The translations under genes and the position numbers were made by a program. Shown one piece after another: positions 19,710 to 28,314 of a stretch of DNA of 64,000 bases. This DNA is from Acidobacteriota bacterium (GTDB lineage Bacteria; Actinomycetota; Acidimicrobiia; Spongiisociales; UBA5794): contig JADFQA010000007.1 of assembly GCA_022562055.1 (NCBI GenBank), positions 3,680 through 67,679 on the forward strand, in the 5' to 3' direction. A model generated the notes under the pieces. It was not told the DNA's origin and made no database searches. It was given only the letters and a program-made list of their open reading frames with translations. Each line of letters begins with the position of its first letter. Within the stretch, counting starts at the first letter, position 1.

Positions 19710-20483
19710 ATGGATCTGCCGATTACCGTTGCGGGCGAGGACCTCGCCGTCTCCGCCACAACCTATGTTGCGTTTAGGCAGTGCCCGGCATCTGCGGTTG
19801 CCCGCCTTTCGGGAATCTACGGACCCGAAACCAAGGCCTCGTTCAAGGGCAGCCTTGCGCACAGGATTTTCGCACGCCATCTCGAGCGCGGTCCTATCGA
19901 TTCGACCGACGTTGACCATGCGTGTCGAGAGGAGATCGGGAAAGCCTTGAACCACAAGATGGCGTCACTTGGATTGAAGCCGTCGGAGCTGGGCCTTGTC
20001 CTACAGGAGGTGGGTGCTCTCTACGAGACGTTTCGGCAAATGCCCGTCGATGGATTCCGTGCTTGTGAGGTGTACATCGATGCCGATGCCGGATCGGGCG
20101 TCACCCTGCGGGGTCGCATCGACGCGATTTTTGATACTAATGATGGCGGTGTGCGTCTCGTTGATTGGAAGACTGGTCAGCTTGGTGATGTCGACGACCA
20201 GTTGGCCTTCTACGCCTTGACGTGGTTTGCGGATACGGGTGCCCTGCCCGCTACGATCGAGGCTCTTTCGGTGCAGACCGGAGAGCGCACCGAGCGCGTC
20301 CCCACCGAGGACTCGTTGCACATGACTGCGGTTGAGGTTGGGAGTCTCGTGGACACGGTGCGACGTCTACTCGTCAGCGGTGACGAAGGCGAACGCCGGG
20401 GCGGACAGTGGTGTCGCTGGTGTCCTCTCCTTGAGGATTGTTCGGAAGGTCAAACCGCGACGGCCGTCTACCGCCACGGATAA
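19710..20483 (+). CDS. Cas4/RecB-like PD-(D/E)XK nuclease with predicted 4Fe-4S cluster, stand-alone
   Basis: Nuclease motifs GRIDAIF (D), LVDWKTG (ExK) and QLAFYAL (QxxxY). Four Cys in a Cas4/AddB-like arrangement (C at FRQCPA, then CRWCPLLEDC). Confidence 0.7.
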   Translation: MDLPITVAGEDLAVSATTYVAFRQCPASAVARLSGIYGPETKASFKGSLAHRIFARHLERGPIDSTDVDHACREEIGKALNHKMASLGLKPSELGLVLQEVGALYETFRQMPVDGFRACEVYIDADAGSGVTLRGRIDAIFDTNDGGVRLVDWKTGQLGDVDDQLAFYALTWFADTGALPATIEALSVQTGERTERVPTEDSLHMTAVEVGSLVDTVRRLLVSGDEGERRGGQWCRWCPLLEDCSEGQTATAVYRHG

Positions 20484-20532
20484 GCACCTTGACGTCCGGG
20501 ACACGGCGCGATGTCTGGCATACTGCGTCGCT

Positions 20533-21393
20533 ATGGCAACCTTGATGGCGATCCACGCCCACCCCGATGACGAGAGTTCCAAGGGCGCCGCGACCGTTGC
20601 TCGGTACGCTGACGCAGGGGTTCGATGTCTGCTTATTACGGCCACGGGAGGTGAGGCCGGCGACATCCTCAACCCCGCAATGGACAACGATGAAGTCCGC
20701 GACAATCTCGCTGAAATTCGTCGTAAAGAACTTGAGGAGGCAGCTCGTATCATCGGATACGACGATGTGTTCATGCTCGGTTATCGCGACTCGGGCATGG
20801 TCGATTCCCCGGACAACGCCAACCCTGCAGCTTTCGTGAACGCTGACTACGACGAAGTTCTCGAGAAGGTCGTCACGTTGGTGCGCACGCATCGTCCAGA
20901 TGTATTCCTTGGGTACGACGCGCACGAGTTCTACCCGCATCCTGACCACTTGCGAATACACGCCATCACGACCGACATCATGGCGGCTGCTGCGGACGCG
21001 AAATGGTTTCCGGATGCGGGCGAGCCGTGGAAGATCCGGCGGCTGGTGGCGTCCCTGTTTTCGCGGCGAGGCATGTTGGCCATCCACGAGGTACTCCTCG
21101 AACGTGATGGAGAATCCCCCTTTACCGAGTGGATCGACAGAATTCGAGGAGAAGATGTGCCCGACGTCAGGACGCTTGCTGTCGAAGTAAGCGCCACCAT
21201 GCAACGCGCACGGGATGCTCTGCGGGCGCACGCCACCCAGGTCGATCCGGACGGATTTTGGTTTCAGGTGCCGATCAAGCTTGCAAAAGAGGTGTACCCG
21301 TACGAGGACTTTCAGATTCTCCTTTCTAACCCTCCGATGACAGACGGGGTAGGCGACCTCTTCGCTGGGCTCACCGGCGGGACTTCCGGGTAG
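20533..21393 (+). CDS. mca: Mycothiol S-conjugate amidase
   Basis: LMAIHAHPDDESSKGAATVARYADAGVRCLLITATGGEAGDILNP, later YPHPDHLRIH and ALRAHATQVDP. These closely resemble the remembered Mca (Rv1082) sequence; 286 aa. Confidence 0.8.
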   Translation: MATLMAIHAHPDDESSKGAATVARYADAGVRCLLITATGGEAGDILNPAMDNDEVRDNLAEIRRKELEEAARIIGYDDVFMLGYRDSGMVDSPDNANPAAFVNADYDEVLEKVVTLVRTHRPDVFLGYDAHEFYPHPDHLRIHAITTDIMAAAADAKWFPDAGEPWKIRRLVASLFSRRGMLAIHEVLLERDGESPFTEWIDRIRGEDVPDVRTLAVEVSATMQRARDALRAHATQVDPDGFWFQVPIKLAKEVYPYEDFQILLSNPPMTDGVGDLFAGLTGGTSG

Positions 21394-21565
21394 TCTTTGC
21401 AGCTTCGCCCCTTGGTAAGCCGTATTGCTGCGCGGCAACAAGAGCGATCGTCCGCATGCTGACACGGACTGCATTGGGCTAGTTGGTCGGTAGCGATTGC
21501 GCCCTCGGTGGCGAGTTGTTGGAATCATTCGGCGATGCAGTCGGGATGTGGTGTAATTCGGTCCT

Positions 21566-23056
21566 ATGGAGATCGAATCGGGGGCCAACAACAGCATCAA
21601 AGCGGAGCTCGGTTTCCTCGCTGCACCGCTTGAAGGTGTCGGCATCCACCCGGATGTCGAACGGAGGCGCAGGTCCGCGGTCGGTGAATACATGATGCGC
21701 CGCCATGCGGCCCACCGCCAAGTCCCTCTCGTGGTTGTTGTCGGACTCACCGGAACAGGTGTCTCGACGGTCGTCAACGCGTTGTGCGGCGCGGATGTCG
21801 CCACCACAGGAGTGCTCAGGCCGACCACGACCAGTCCGCTCATCGTTGTGACGGCAGACAATCTCGATGCTCCGGTCACAGGACTCGCTGTTGCGATGGA
21901 CGGTGCGCCACGGGTCGTCGAGATGGCTTCCGTTCCGTTCACCATCATCGACGCACCGGCGTGGGAGATGGGTGTCGGCGGCGAGGTCTCCGCTCGGCTT
22001 CTGCCCCTTGCTGATGTCGTTGTGTGTGTCACGACACCTGAGCGGTACGCAGATGCCGGAGTGTGGCGGCTCATCGAGGCCGCCAGAGACGCTGGGGTGG
22101 CAGTCGTCGTAGTGATGAACATGCCGACCGACGGTCCGCTCGACGACCTGAAGGGTCGCATGGCCCTGAGGTACGGTGCGCTTGCACCACCGGTCGTTGC
22201 TGGAATCGCATCTGATGATCTCGTGGCTGCGATTACGGTGGCCGCTTCTTCGCACCGCGTTCACAGCATCGATGGTGCGCGGTCGAGGTTGCGGGAAGTG
22301 CTCAAGACAATGGAGCCGATCATTGAGGAGTCCGCGGCCCTTCTTGAGACCGCCAGGGTCATCTACGCCGACCATTCACGGGCTTTGGCGGATCGGCTAA
22401 AGGCCGGCGAATTTGTCCCTGCAGCTGAGTCGCAGACGCTGACTGATGCGTCGTTCTCGCTCGCATCAGTCATCACTAGCCGCATCGGCGCCGCTGCCGA
22501 GCAGACGGCGACGGCGTGGGCCGCGACGAAGTTGGGAGAAGCCGCGCTCGTGTCCGAAACTGTTGGATTGTGGCGCCATGGACCCGCCGTTTCCGCGTTG
22601 TCGCAGCGGCATGTGGCTGAGACCATCGGCGACATACGGATGGTTGTCCGTGACATGACGAAGTGGCGTCGGCCCTCTGAGCGAAAGCTGTCGCTGGCGT
22701 CAGACTATCTGTGGAGGGCTGCTCTGGGACGCGACGTTGCCAACTGGACAATGAAGCGCGGTTTCGGAAAGCGCCGCGCCAGAGCCGTGGATAGGGTCCG
22801 GAGTTTGTTCTCCGAGGCGGTAACGCAAGTCTTTAGTGCGGACCGGCAGCGTTTTATCGACCGCTTGCATCACATTCCGACGGCCGCCCGGCTTTGGTCA
22901 CTGCACGAATCATTCGAGGACCGTCCAGACGTGGTTCGGGACCGTGGCGAATCTGAGTCTTCGATCAGCATCGATCTGGCAGACGGTTCCGACATCTTGG
23001 TCGACGAACACGGGACCACTCCGGATTCCGTGCATGCGAAGGGTGCTGATGCGTGA
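21566..23056 (+). CDS. P-loop GTPase-family protein with degenerate G1 and G4 motifs (likely pseudo-GTPase), first gene of a coupled pair
   Basis: G-domain architecture, but Walker A reads GLTGTGVST (Lys replaced by Val) and G4 reads NMPTD instead of NKxD. Long helical C-terminal region; 496 aa. Confidence 0.7.
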   Translation: MEIESGANNSIKAELGFLAAPLEGVGIHPDVERRRRSAVGEYMMRRHAAHRQVPLVVVVGLTGTGVSTVVNALCGADVATTGVLRPTTTSPLIVVTADNLDAPVTGLAVAMDGAPRVVEMASVPFTIIDAPAWEMGVGGEVSARLLPLADVVVCVTTPERYADAGVWRLIEAARDAGVAVVVVMNMPTDGPLDDLKGRMALRYGALAPPVVAGIASDDLVAAITVAASSHRVHSIDGARSRLREVLKTMEPIIEESAALLETARVIYADHSRALADRLKAGEFVPAAESQTLTDASFSLASVITSRIGAAAEQTATAWAATKLGEAALVSETVGLWRHGPAVSALSQRHVAETIGDIRMVVRDMTKWRRPSERKLSLASDYLWRAALGRDVANWTMKRGFGKRRARAVDRVRSLFSEAVTQVFSADRQRFIDRLHHIPTAARLWSLHESFEDRPDVVRDRGESESSISIDLADGSDILVDEHGTTPDSVHAKGADA

Positions 23057-24227
23057 CGTTGATCAACTAATCGATGCCCTTGATAGGGTGGTCGTTACGG
23101 CCCCCGGATTCGTCGACGAAGGTCTCGCCATTGCGGCGGATTCGGCTGCTTTGCAACTCCGGCGCCGGACCGGCTACCTAGGTGAAACCCTTGTCCTTGC
23201 GATTGTCGGTGGTACTGGGGCGGGAAAGTCGAGCCTGCTAAATGCGATTGCTGGGGAGCCAATCGCCTCGGTGAGCGACATTCGCCCGCACACCCACGAG
23301 CCGCTCGCATGGATACCCGAATCCGCGGGTGGTGGACTCACCGCACTCCTCGACGATCTCGAGGTGCATGTCCGTAGACCACAGAACCTATTTGATTCTC
23401 TGTGCATCATTGATCTTCCAGACTTTGACTCGTACGCCGAGGCGCACCGTGAGGTGGTCGAGCGGTTGCTGCCGCTGGTGGACGTCGTTGCGTGGCTGGT
23501 CGACCCGGTCAAGTACGCGGATCCGTCCCTGCATAGTGACTTCCTCAAACCGGTCCATCAACACGGCGCACAGTTTGTGTTTGTCATGAACAAGATGGAT
23601 CTGCTTTCCCCCGAGAGCCGCGTGGCGGTCGTTGACGACTTTGTCCGTCTGCTCGGTGAAGATGGCTTCGAGGAGACGTCCGTCATAGCTATTGCGGCCT
23701 CGCCGACCGAGGGAGAGCCGTTCGGTATCGATGAGTTGACGGCTCACCTTCGTCTCCGGCTGACTGACAAGCGTCTCGCTCTGAACAAACTCGTGCACGA
23801 GGTGCGGGATCTCGTTCGCCGAATCGGGATCGATGCAAGTGTGTGGAACGGGTTTGGTGAGTCTTTCGATGAGCGGTGGCGGGTTACCCGAGACAAGGTA
23901 GCGACCGGGCTTGCCGAACCCGTCGGCTCGCCGGAGCGGGAGGATGCGGCTTGTCGGTTGTCGGACTTTGTTGCGGCGTTAGCGCAGTCTGCAGGCGACC
24001 ACGCAGCCGAGGTACGAAAGGCGGTGCCGCACACGGTCATCGATCAAGCGGTCAAAGATGTTGCTGCCAACGCCATGACCACAAGTCTGACCGCGCGGAG
24101 AGACCATCTCGACGCGAAGATCGGAAGCCCGCTCCGCGATTGGGCGCATCGTCGGGCTGTGTTCGGCGCTACTGTCGCATTCGCGGGCGTGAGTGCATAT
24201 GCAGTGGAGGACAGATTGTGGCGTTGA
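23049..24227 (+). CDS. Canonical P-loop GTPase (dynamin/HSR1-like) with hydrophobic C-terminal segment, second gene of the coupled pair
   Basis: ATGCGTGA start/stop overlap with the upstream gene. Walker A GGTGAGKSSLLNAI, G3 IIDLPD, G4 VMNKMD. C-terminal AVFGATVAFAGVSAYAV is hydrophobic. Confidence 0.7.
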   Translation: MRDVDQLIDALDRVVVTAPGFVDEGLAIAADSAALQLRRRTGYLGETLVLAIVGGTGAGKSSLLNAIAGEPIASVSDIRPHTHEPLAWIPESAGGGLTALLDDLEVHVRRPQNLFDSLCIIDLPDFDSYAEAHREVVERLLPLVDVVAWLVDPVKYADPSLHSDFLKPVHQHGAQFVFVMNKMDLLSPESRVAVVDDFVRLLGEDGFEETSVIAIAASPTEGEPFGIDELTAHLRLRLTDKRLALNKLVHEVRDLVRRIGIDASVWNGFGESFDERWRVTRDKVATGLAEPVGSPEREDAACRLSDFVAALAQSAGDHAAEVRKAVPHTVIDQAVKDVAANAMTTSLTARRDHLDAKIGSPLRDWAHRRAVFGATVAFAGVSAYAVEDRLWR

Positions 24228-25108
24228 CGAACCTGGAGATTTTCGGATATGAGATCTCCGATTCACTATCGGATCAGATCGGCCCGGCGGTTGCAACACT
24301 GTCTTGGGTAGTGGTGTCTTTTGTTGCATGGAAGGTTATAAAACGGATTGGCGACTCCAGCGTGACGCGGCTGACTACGCGTGCCGAGAAGCTGACGGCG
24401 ATCGAGGCTGAGGACCGTAAGCAGCGTGTCGAAACGCTCTGGTCGGCGGTGAGGGCTGTCATGTTGTCCGTTGTCGTCATCATTGTCTTTTTGGGGATAC
24501 TCAACGTATGGGGTGTCAACACGGCGCCGTTCCTGGCCATCGGATCGATTATGGGGTTGGCTGTCGGTTTCGGCGCCCAAGACTTTGTCAAAGACGTGAT
24601 CGCTGGGTTCCTGATCCTCGCCGAAGATCAGTACTCGCTCGGCGATGTCGTCAAAATCGCCGACGTCAGCGGCACGGTGAAGGAGATCACGCTTCGTTCG
24701 ACCATCTTGCGAGACCTCGACGGGAGGGTTCACTACGTGCCAAACGGATCGATATCGGTGGCCACGAACTACACCCAGGAGTACAGCCAGGTGGTTATCG
24801 ACGTTGGGTTTGGGTACGGCGAAGACGTCGACAAGATCATTCCCGTCATTCAAGACGAACTCGATCGGTTCGCGGCTGACGAAAAGTGGGCGTCGGCGTT
24901 TATCGATCCGCCCGAGATCCTCGGCGTCCAAGAACTCGGCGACTCCTCAGTGTCCGTCCGGTGTCTCTTGCGGGTCGCACCAGAGTTCCGCTGGTCGTCG
25001 CGGAGGGAGTTCCTGCGTCGCATCAAGATGCGCTTCGATGCCGACGACATCGAAATTCCGTTCCCGTACGTGACGATTGCGCGACCTCCAACCAAGAGCA
25101 ACGACTAG
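24218..25108 (+). CDS. Small-conductance mechanosensitive channel (MscS family)
   Basis: GTG start overlaps the upstream GTPase stop by 10 nt. Three TM helices, then MscS TM3/beta-domain signature (IGSIMGLAVGFGAQDFVKDVIAGFLIL, GDVVKI..VSGTVKEITLRSTILRDLDGRVHYVPNG). Confidence 0.8.
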   Translation: MALTNLEIFGYEISDSLSDQIGPAVATLSWVVVSFVAWKVIKRIGDSSVTRLTTRAEKLTAIEAEDRKQRVETLWSAVRAVMLSVVVIIVFLGILNVWGVNTAPFLAIGSIMGLAVGFGAQDFVKDVIAGFLILAEDQYSLGDVVKIADVSGTVKEITLRSTILRDLDGRVHYVPNGSISVATNYTQEYSQVVIDVGFGYGEDVDKIIPVIQDELDRFAADEKWASAFIDPPEILGVQELGDSSVSVRCLLRVAPEFRWSSRREFLRRIKMRFDADDIEIPFPYVTIARPPTKSND

Positions 25109-25126
25109 ACCGGGGCACGCACGGAT

Positions 25127-25750
25127 TTGGCTAGTTCGACGCGGTTGCGCGGTATCGAGGTCGTTGTTTTCGACCTGGGCGGTGTCCTGGTACGGCTCGG
25201 CTCCTACACCGATGTGGTTGGTGAGGACTCGATGTCGGCTGATGAGTTTTGGTCCATGTGGCTGTCGAGTCCTGCCGTTCGCCGTCTTGACGGCGGCGTA
25301 TCGAGTGTCAACGAATTCGGCGAGGAGATCGTGAAGGAACTTGGCTTGCCGTTTGCCCCTCAAGAACTGATACAAAGGTTCCTTGAATGGCCTAAGGGGC
25401 TGTTTGATGGGGCGTACGAAGTGGTTCAGCGCGTGCGAGAGTCTCGCACGGTGGCGGTTCTCAGCAACATCAACGTCTTGCACTGGACTTCACAGCGCGA
25501 TCACGAGACGATCTCGCGGATGTTTGATGTGCAGTTTCTCTCTTACGAAATCGGACTGGTCAAACCCGACTTGACCGTGTTCCACCATGTCATCAACGAA
25601 CTCGGTGTCGAGCCGGATGCGATCTTCTTCCTCGACGACAATCAGGCCAACGTCAGCGCAGCTAGGGGAGTTGGGATCGATGCGGTCCTCGTGAACAGCG
25701 TTGACCAGATGCGGCGCGCCCTGGTCGACCGCGGCGTGCTGCACCTCTAA
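25127..25750 (+). CDS. HAD superfamily hydrolase (subfamily IA-like)
   Basis: Motif I VVVFDLGGVLV and motif IV FFLDDNQANVSAARGVGIDAV; 207 aa. Confidence 0.75.
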   Translation: MASSTRLRGIEVVVFDLGGVLVRLGSYTDVVGEDSMSADEFWSMWLSSPAVRRLDGGVSSVNEFGEEIVKELGLPFAPQELIQRFLEWPKGLFDGAYEVVQRVRESRTVAVLSNINVLHWTSQRDHETISRMFDVQFLSYEIGLVKPDLTVFHHVINELGVEPDAIFFLDDNQANVSAARGVGIDAVLVNSVDQMRRALVDRGVLHL

Positions 25751-25769
25751 CCCCATGTTCAAGAGGGGG

Positions 25770-27089
25770 TCAGGGCGACGTGCTCTTTGGGGTCGAGGTT
25801 TCGCGGCGGACCTGGAATCTTTCGTAGACGTAGCTAAGGCTTGCGCCTTTGTAGGTGGCGGTGACTTCCCAGCACCCGTTGATACGAGCGTCGATGCCCG
25901 CAATCATCAACTGACCGCCTTCGGGTGTGCCCGCGTTGGTGCCCGGCTGGTTTGACACGATGGTCTCGCCGTCTAGGACATCGATACGGCGCCACGTCAC
26001 GGCGATCTCGGGGCTTGGTTCCGTGGGCCAGCCTGCAAACCTGACGCTCCACCATAGGCTCTTCCGTGGCTGGTATTCGAATCCTTGGCGGGGCAGAATT
26101 GTCCACAGATCGGCGGTTCCGTACCACAGGTCGAATTCCCAGAGGGGGTCTGCGTAATACGGTTCGGGCGCCGAGAACCCGGGGTCTGGGGGTGCGGTCG
26201 ATATGCAAATCCCTTGGGTTCGGTCACCTTCGGGAGCACCAGCGGCGAGCGATGACACGATATTCCAGGTTTGCTCCCATTGGCCTGGTGACACCGCATC
26301 ACCAGCCACAAGCACGACGTCAACAACATTGTCGTTGAGGACCCACAGCGCGCGTTTTGTCGTGAGTCCATCGGGCTTCGAGCAACCTTCCGAATCCAAG
26401 CGTGCGCGCTCGAAATCGTTGATCGGTGTCGATGAACGGGGCCGTGGGGAGAGCGGTGCCTCAATCGTATCGTTTGCGGTTGCTGTGTCTCGCGACAAAC
26501 CGATGTAGGGACCCACGACTGTGATCGAGATCAGGGTGTCGGTGGCGCCGACCCGGAGCATATCGTCGCCGACTACCGCGAGGCATTGTGATGTCTCTGC
26601 TGTCAGTGGAAATGTGGCGATCTGCACCATTGCACTGTCGGGTCCCAGCCCCGCGGTGTCCCGCCGAAACCAATCCGATGGGTACGCAATGGACCATCGA
26701 GGCGGTTCCTGTTTGCTCTGCTGAGCACTTGACGCAGTCGCAACAGTGACCGGCGACGTGAGGTCCTGCGGGTCGCCGCTATTGAGACTCGTGGCAACGG
26801 CGATGAACACGAAGATGCTGACGACCGCCGCACCGACTAGCAGCGATCGTCGGTGTCTTCGTTTCGGACGGTCGCCTCCGAGCGTAGGTGGTTGAAGATT
26901 CGAGGCCCCGGACACAAGAGTCCGTACCGCGTGGTCTCGGGCTTCATCGAAACCGGGAACGGGCGAGGTTGATCGCGACTCGTCGCACCCAAGCGTTCGG
27001 TGAGTCCATTTGCTCCACGCTGTTCCAGTCGCGATGGGCGCGGACGAAGGCCTCCTGGGCGAGGTCCTCAGCGGCCCAGCGGTTACCAC
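25770..27089 (-). CDS. Membrane-anchored protein with large extracytoplasmic domain (anti-sigma-factor-like topology); start uncertain
   Basis: Single TM (RRSLLVGAAVVSIFVFIAVA) after a short cytoplasmic N-terminus. The annotated 5' end overlaps the sigma-like ORF by 145 nt in another frame. Confidence 0.45.
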   Translation of the reverse strand: MVTAGPLRTSPRRPSSAPIATGTAWSKWTHRTLGCDESRSTSPVPGFDEARDHAVRTLVSGASNLQPPTLGGDRPKRRHRRSLLVGAAVVSIFVFIAVATSLNSGDPQDLTSPVTVATASSAQQSKQEPPRWSIAYPSDWFRRDTAGLGPDSAMVQIATFPLTAETSQCLAVVGDDMLRVGATDTLISITVVGPYIGLSRDTATANDTIEAPLSPRPRSSTPINDFERARLDSEGCSKPDGLTTKRALWVLNDNVVDVVLVAGDAVSPGQWEQTWNIVSSLAAGAPEGDRTQGICISTAPPDPGFSAPEPYYADPLWEFDLWYGTADLWTILPRQGFEYQPRKSLWWSVRFAGWPTEPSPEIAVTWRRIDVLDGETIVSNQPGTNAGTPEGGQLMIAGIDARINGCWEVTATYKGASLSYVYERFQVRRETSTPKSTSP

Positions 27090-27192
27090 TCAGCGCCCAG
27101 GTCAACGCAACCACCGATGAGTAGGTGTCCCGATAGAACACCGCAAACGTGCTGGGCACCTGTACCGGGAGTGGCCGCACGGAGTCGTCCAT
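26944..27192 (-). CDS. ECF-type sigma-70 region 2-only protein (no region 4)
   Basis: 82 aa containing FYRDTYSSVVALTWALSGNRWAAEDLAQEAFVRAHRDW...PNAWVRRVAINLARSRFR (ECF sigma region 2.1-2.4). The stop follows immediately. No region-4 HTH is encoded downstream in any frame. Confidence 0.55.
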   Translation of the reverse strand: MDDSVRPLPVQVPSTFAVFYRDTYSSVVALTWALSGNRWAAEDLAQEAFVRAHRDWNSVEQMDSPNAWVRRVAINLARSRFR

Positions 27193-27358
27193 CGATCCTC
27201 ACTATCGGTAAGCGTATTCACACCCTACAGACGCACAGGCAACGTGGTCCGCTTAGACAGACTGGTCCGTTCGGACGGAAGTGGGAGATGTTGCGGCTCC
27301 GTCGAGAGGCCACTGATCCTGCGAGGACGGAGGTCCAGGACTAAGGCACAAGCCCGAG

Positions 27359-28276
27359 TCACCGAGGCACGAGCATCGAGAGGGCGTCGTGGTCCGTGGA
27401 GATAACGACTCGTGAAGCTGCCCCCAGCAGCTCGCCGTCGGCCTGCACCCGGGTTACTGGATCTGCCTCGACGACGAGGTGCTCGGCGTTGTCGAGGATC
27501 GTTATTCCGTCAATGCCGTCGAGCGGTTTGTGGATTGCCGCTCTTCCAAGAAGATCGGCGCCGGTGAGCGGGGACAGCCGTTCAATAACCAGCGCAGTCG
27601 TGCCCACGAACGGTCCGGGTCCGAATTTGAGAGGCGCGGTCCCGAAGTACGTGTAGAGATGGTGAAGCTGCACGAGGACCGTCACTGCGTCAAGCGTTGT
27701 GTCTCCGCTCGTTACCCGCAGGTTTGGAGACTTCGAGCGGTAGGGTCCAATAAGTTTTGCAGCGGCTGTCTTCGCGTAGTGCATCGACCCGAAAAAGAGT
27801 TTGGCGCTCGGGCGCTGTTCTGCGACTTCGACGACGTCAGCATCAAATCCCACGCCGACGTTGAACGTTGCCAGCGATGTCCGCTCCTTGCCGTCAACGG
27901 TTGCGACAATACGAGCGATGGGACGTCCTGCGGGAATGGCGCTGGCGAGGGCCCGTGCGGCTTTTCTCGGTTTCTTGGAAACACCGAGGATTCGGGCGAG
28001 CACATTTGTTGTCCCCACCGGGATTATACCGAGTGCGGTCCCGGTGTCCACGATGCCGTTGGCGACTCGGTTAACCACACCGTCACCGCCCATGGCAACC
28101 ACTGCAAATACTTCCTGGTGCGCCGCGTCAATAGCGGCTTCGGTGGCGTCCTCCGCCGACTCCGGCCAAACCCGGGTCACGTCGAAGGATTCTCCGAGGA
28201 TTGTCACGACGTCGCGGAAGGCAGAACCGGTGAATCCCGAGGACGCTGGGTTGGCGATGAGGACGACTTGGCGCAT
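27359..28276 (-). CDS. Diacylglycerol kinase catalytic-domain family lipid kinase (YegS/BmrU-like)
   Basis: MRQVVLIANPASSG N-terminus and AMGGDGVVNRVANG motif; 305 aa. Confidence 0.8.
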   Translation of the reverse strand: MRQVVLIANPASSGFTGSAFRDVVTILGESFDVTRVWPESAEDATEAAIDAAHQEVFAVVAMGGDGVVNRVANGIVDTGTALGIIPVGTTNVLARILGVSKKPRKAARALASAIPAGRPIARIVATVDGKERTSLATFNVGVGFDADVVEVAEQRPSAKLFFGSMHYAKTAAAKLIGPYRSKSPNLRVTSGDTTLDAVTVLVQLHHLYTYFGTAPLKFGPGPFVGTTALVIERLSPLTGADLLGRAAIHKPLDGIDGITILDNAEHLVVEADPVTRVQADGELLGAASRVVISTDHDALSMLVPR

Positions 28277-28314
28277 GAGGCGAAGGGTAGAAGCGTGGCT
28301 GTGTTGTTGTCAGG

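Noticed and set aside
21393-21566. Possible terminator hairpin ATTGCTGCGCGGCAAC after mca
   Set aside because: Only a 4-bp stem with a 6-nt loop can actually form; too weak to call.
20374-22161. 595-aa minus-strand ORF overlapping mca and the first GTPase
   Set aside because: Low-complexity, Arg/Ser/Thr/Pro-rich translation antisense to two well-supported genes. This is a typical open antisense frame in high-GC DNA. The same reasoning applies to 21479..22375(-), 30122..31051(-), 36150..37043(+), 49365..50360(-), 63162..63908(+) and the many 60-120 aa track ORFs nested in larger genes.
26944-27089. Possibility that the sigma ORF and the membrane protein are one gene split by a frameshift, or that sigma region 4 lies downstream
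   Set aside because: All three frames downstream of the sigma stop were hand-translated. None encodes a region-4 HTH, and the membrane protein N-terminus shows no sigma-like sequence. They are kept as separate features and the anomaly is reported.
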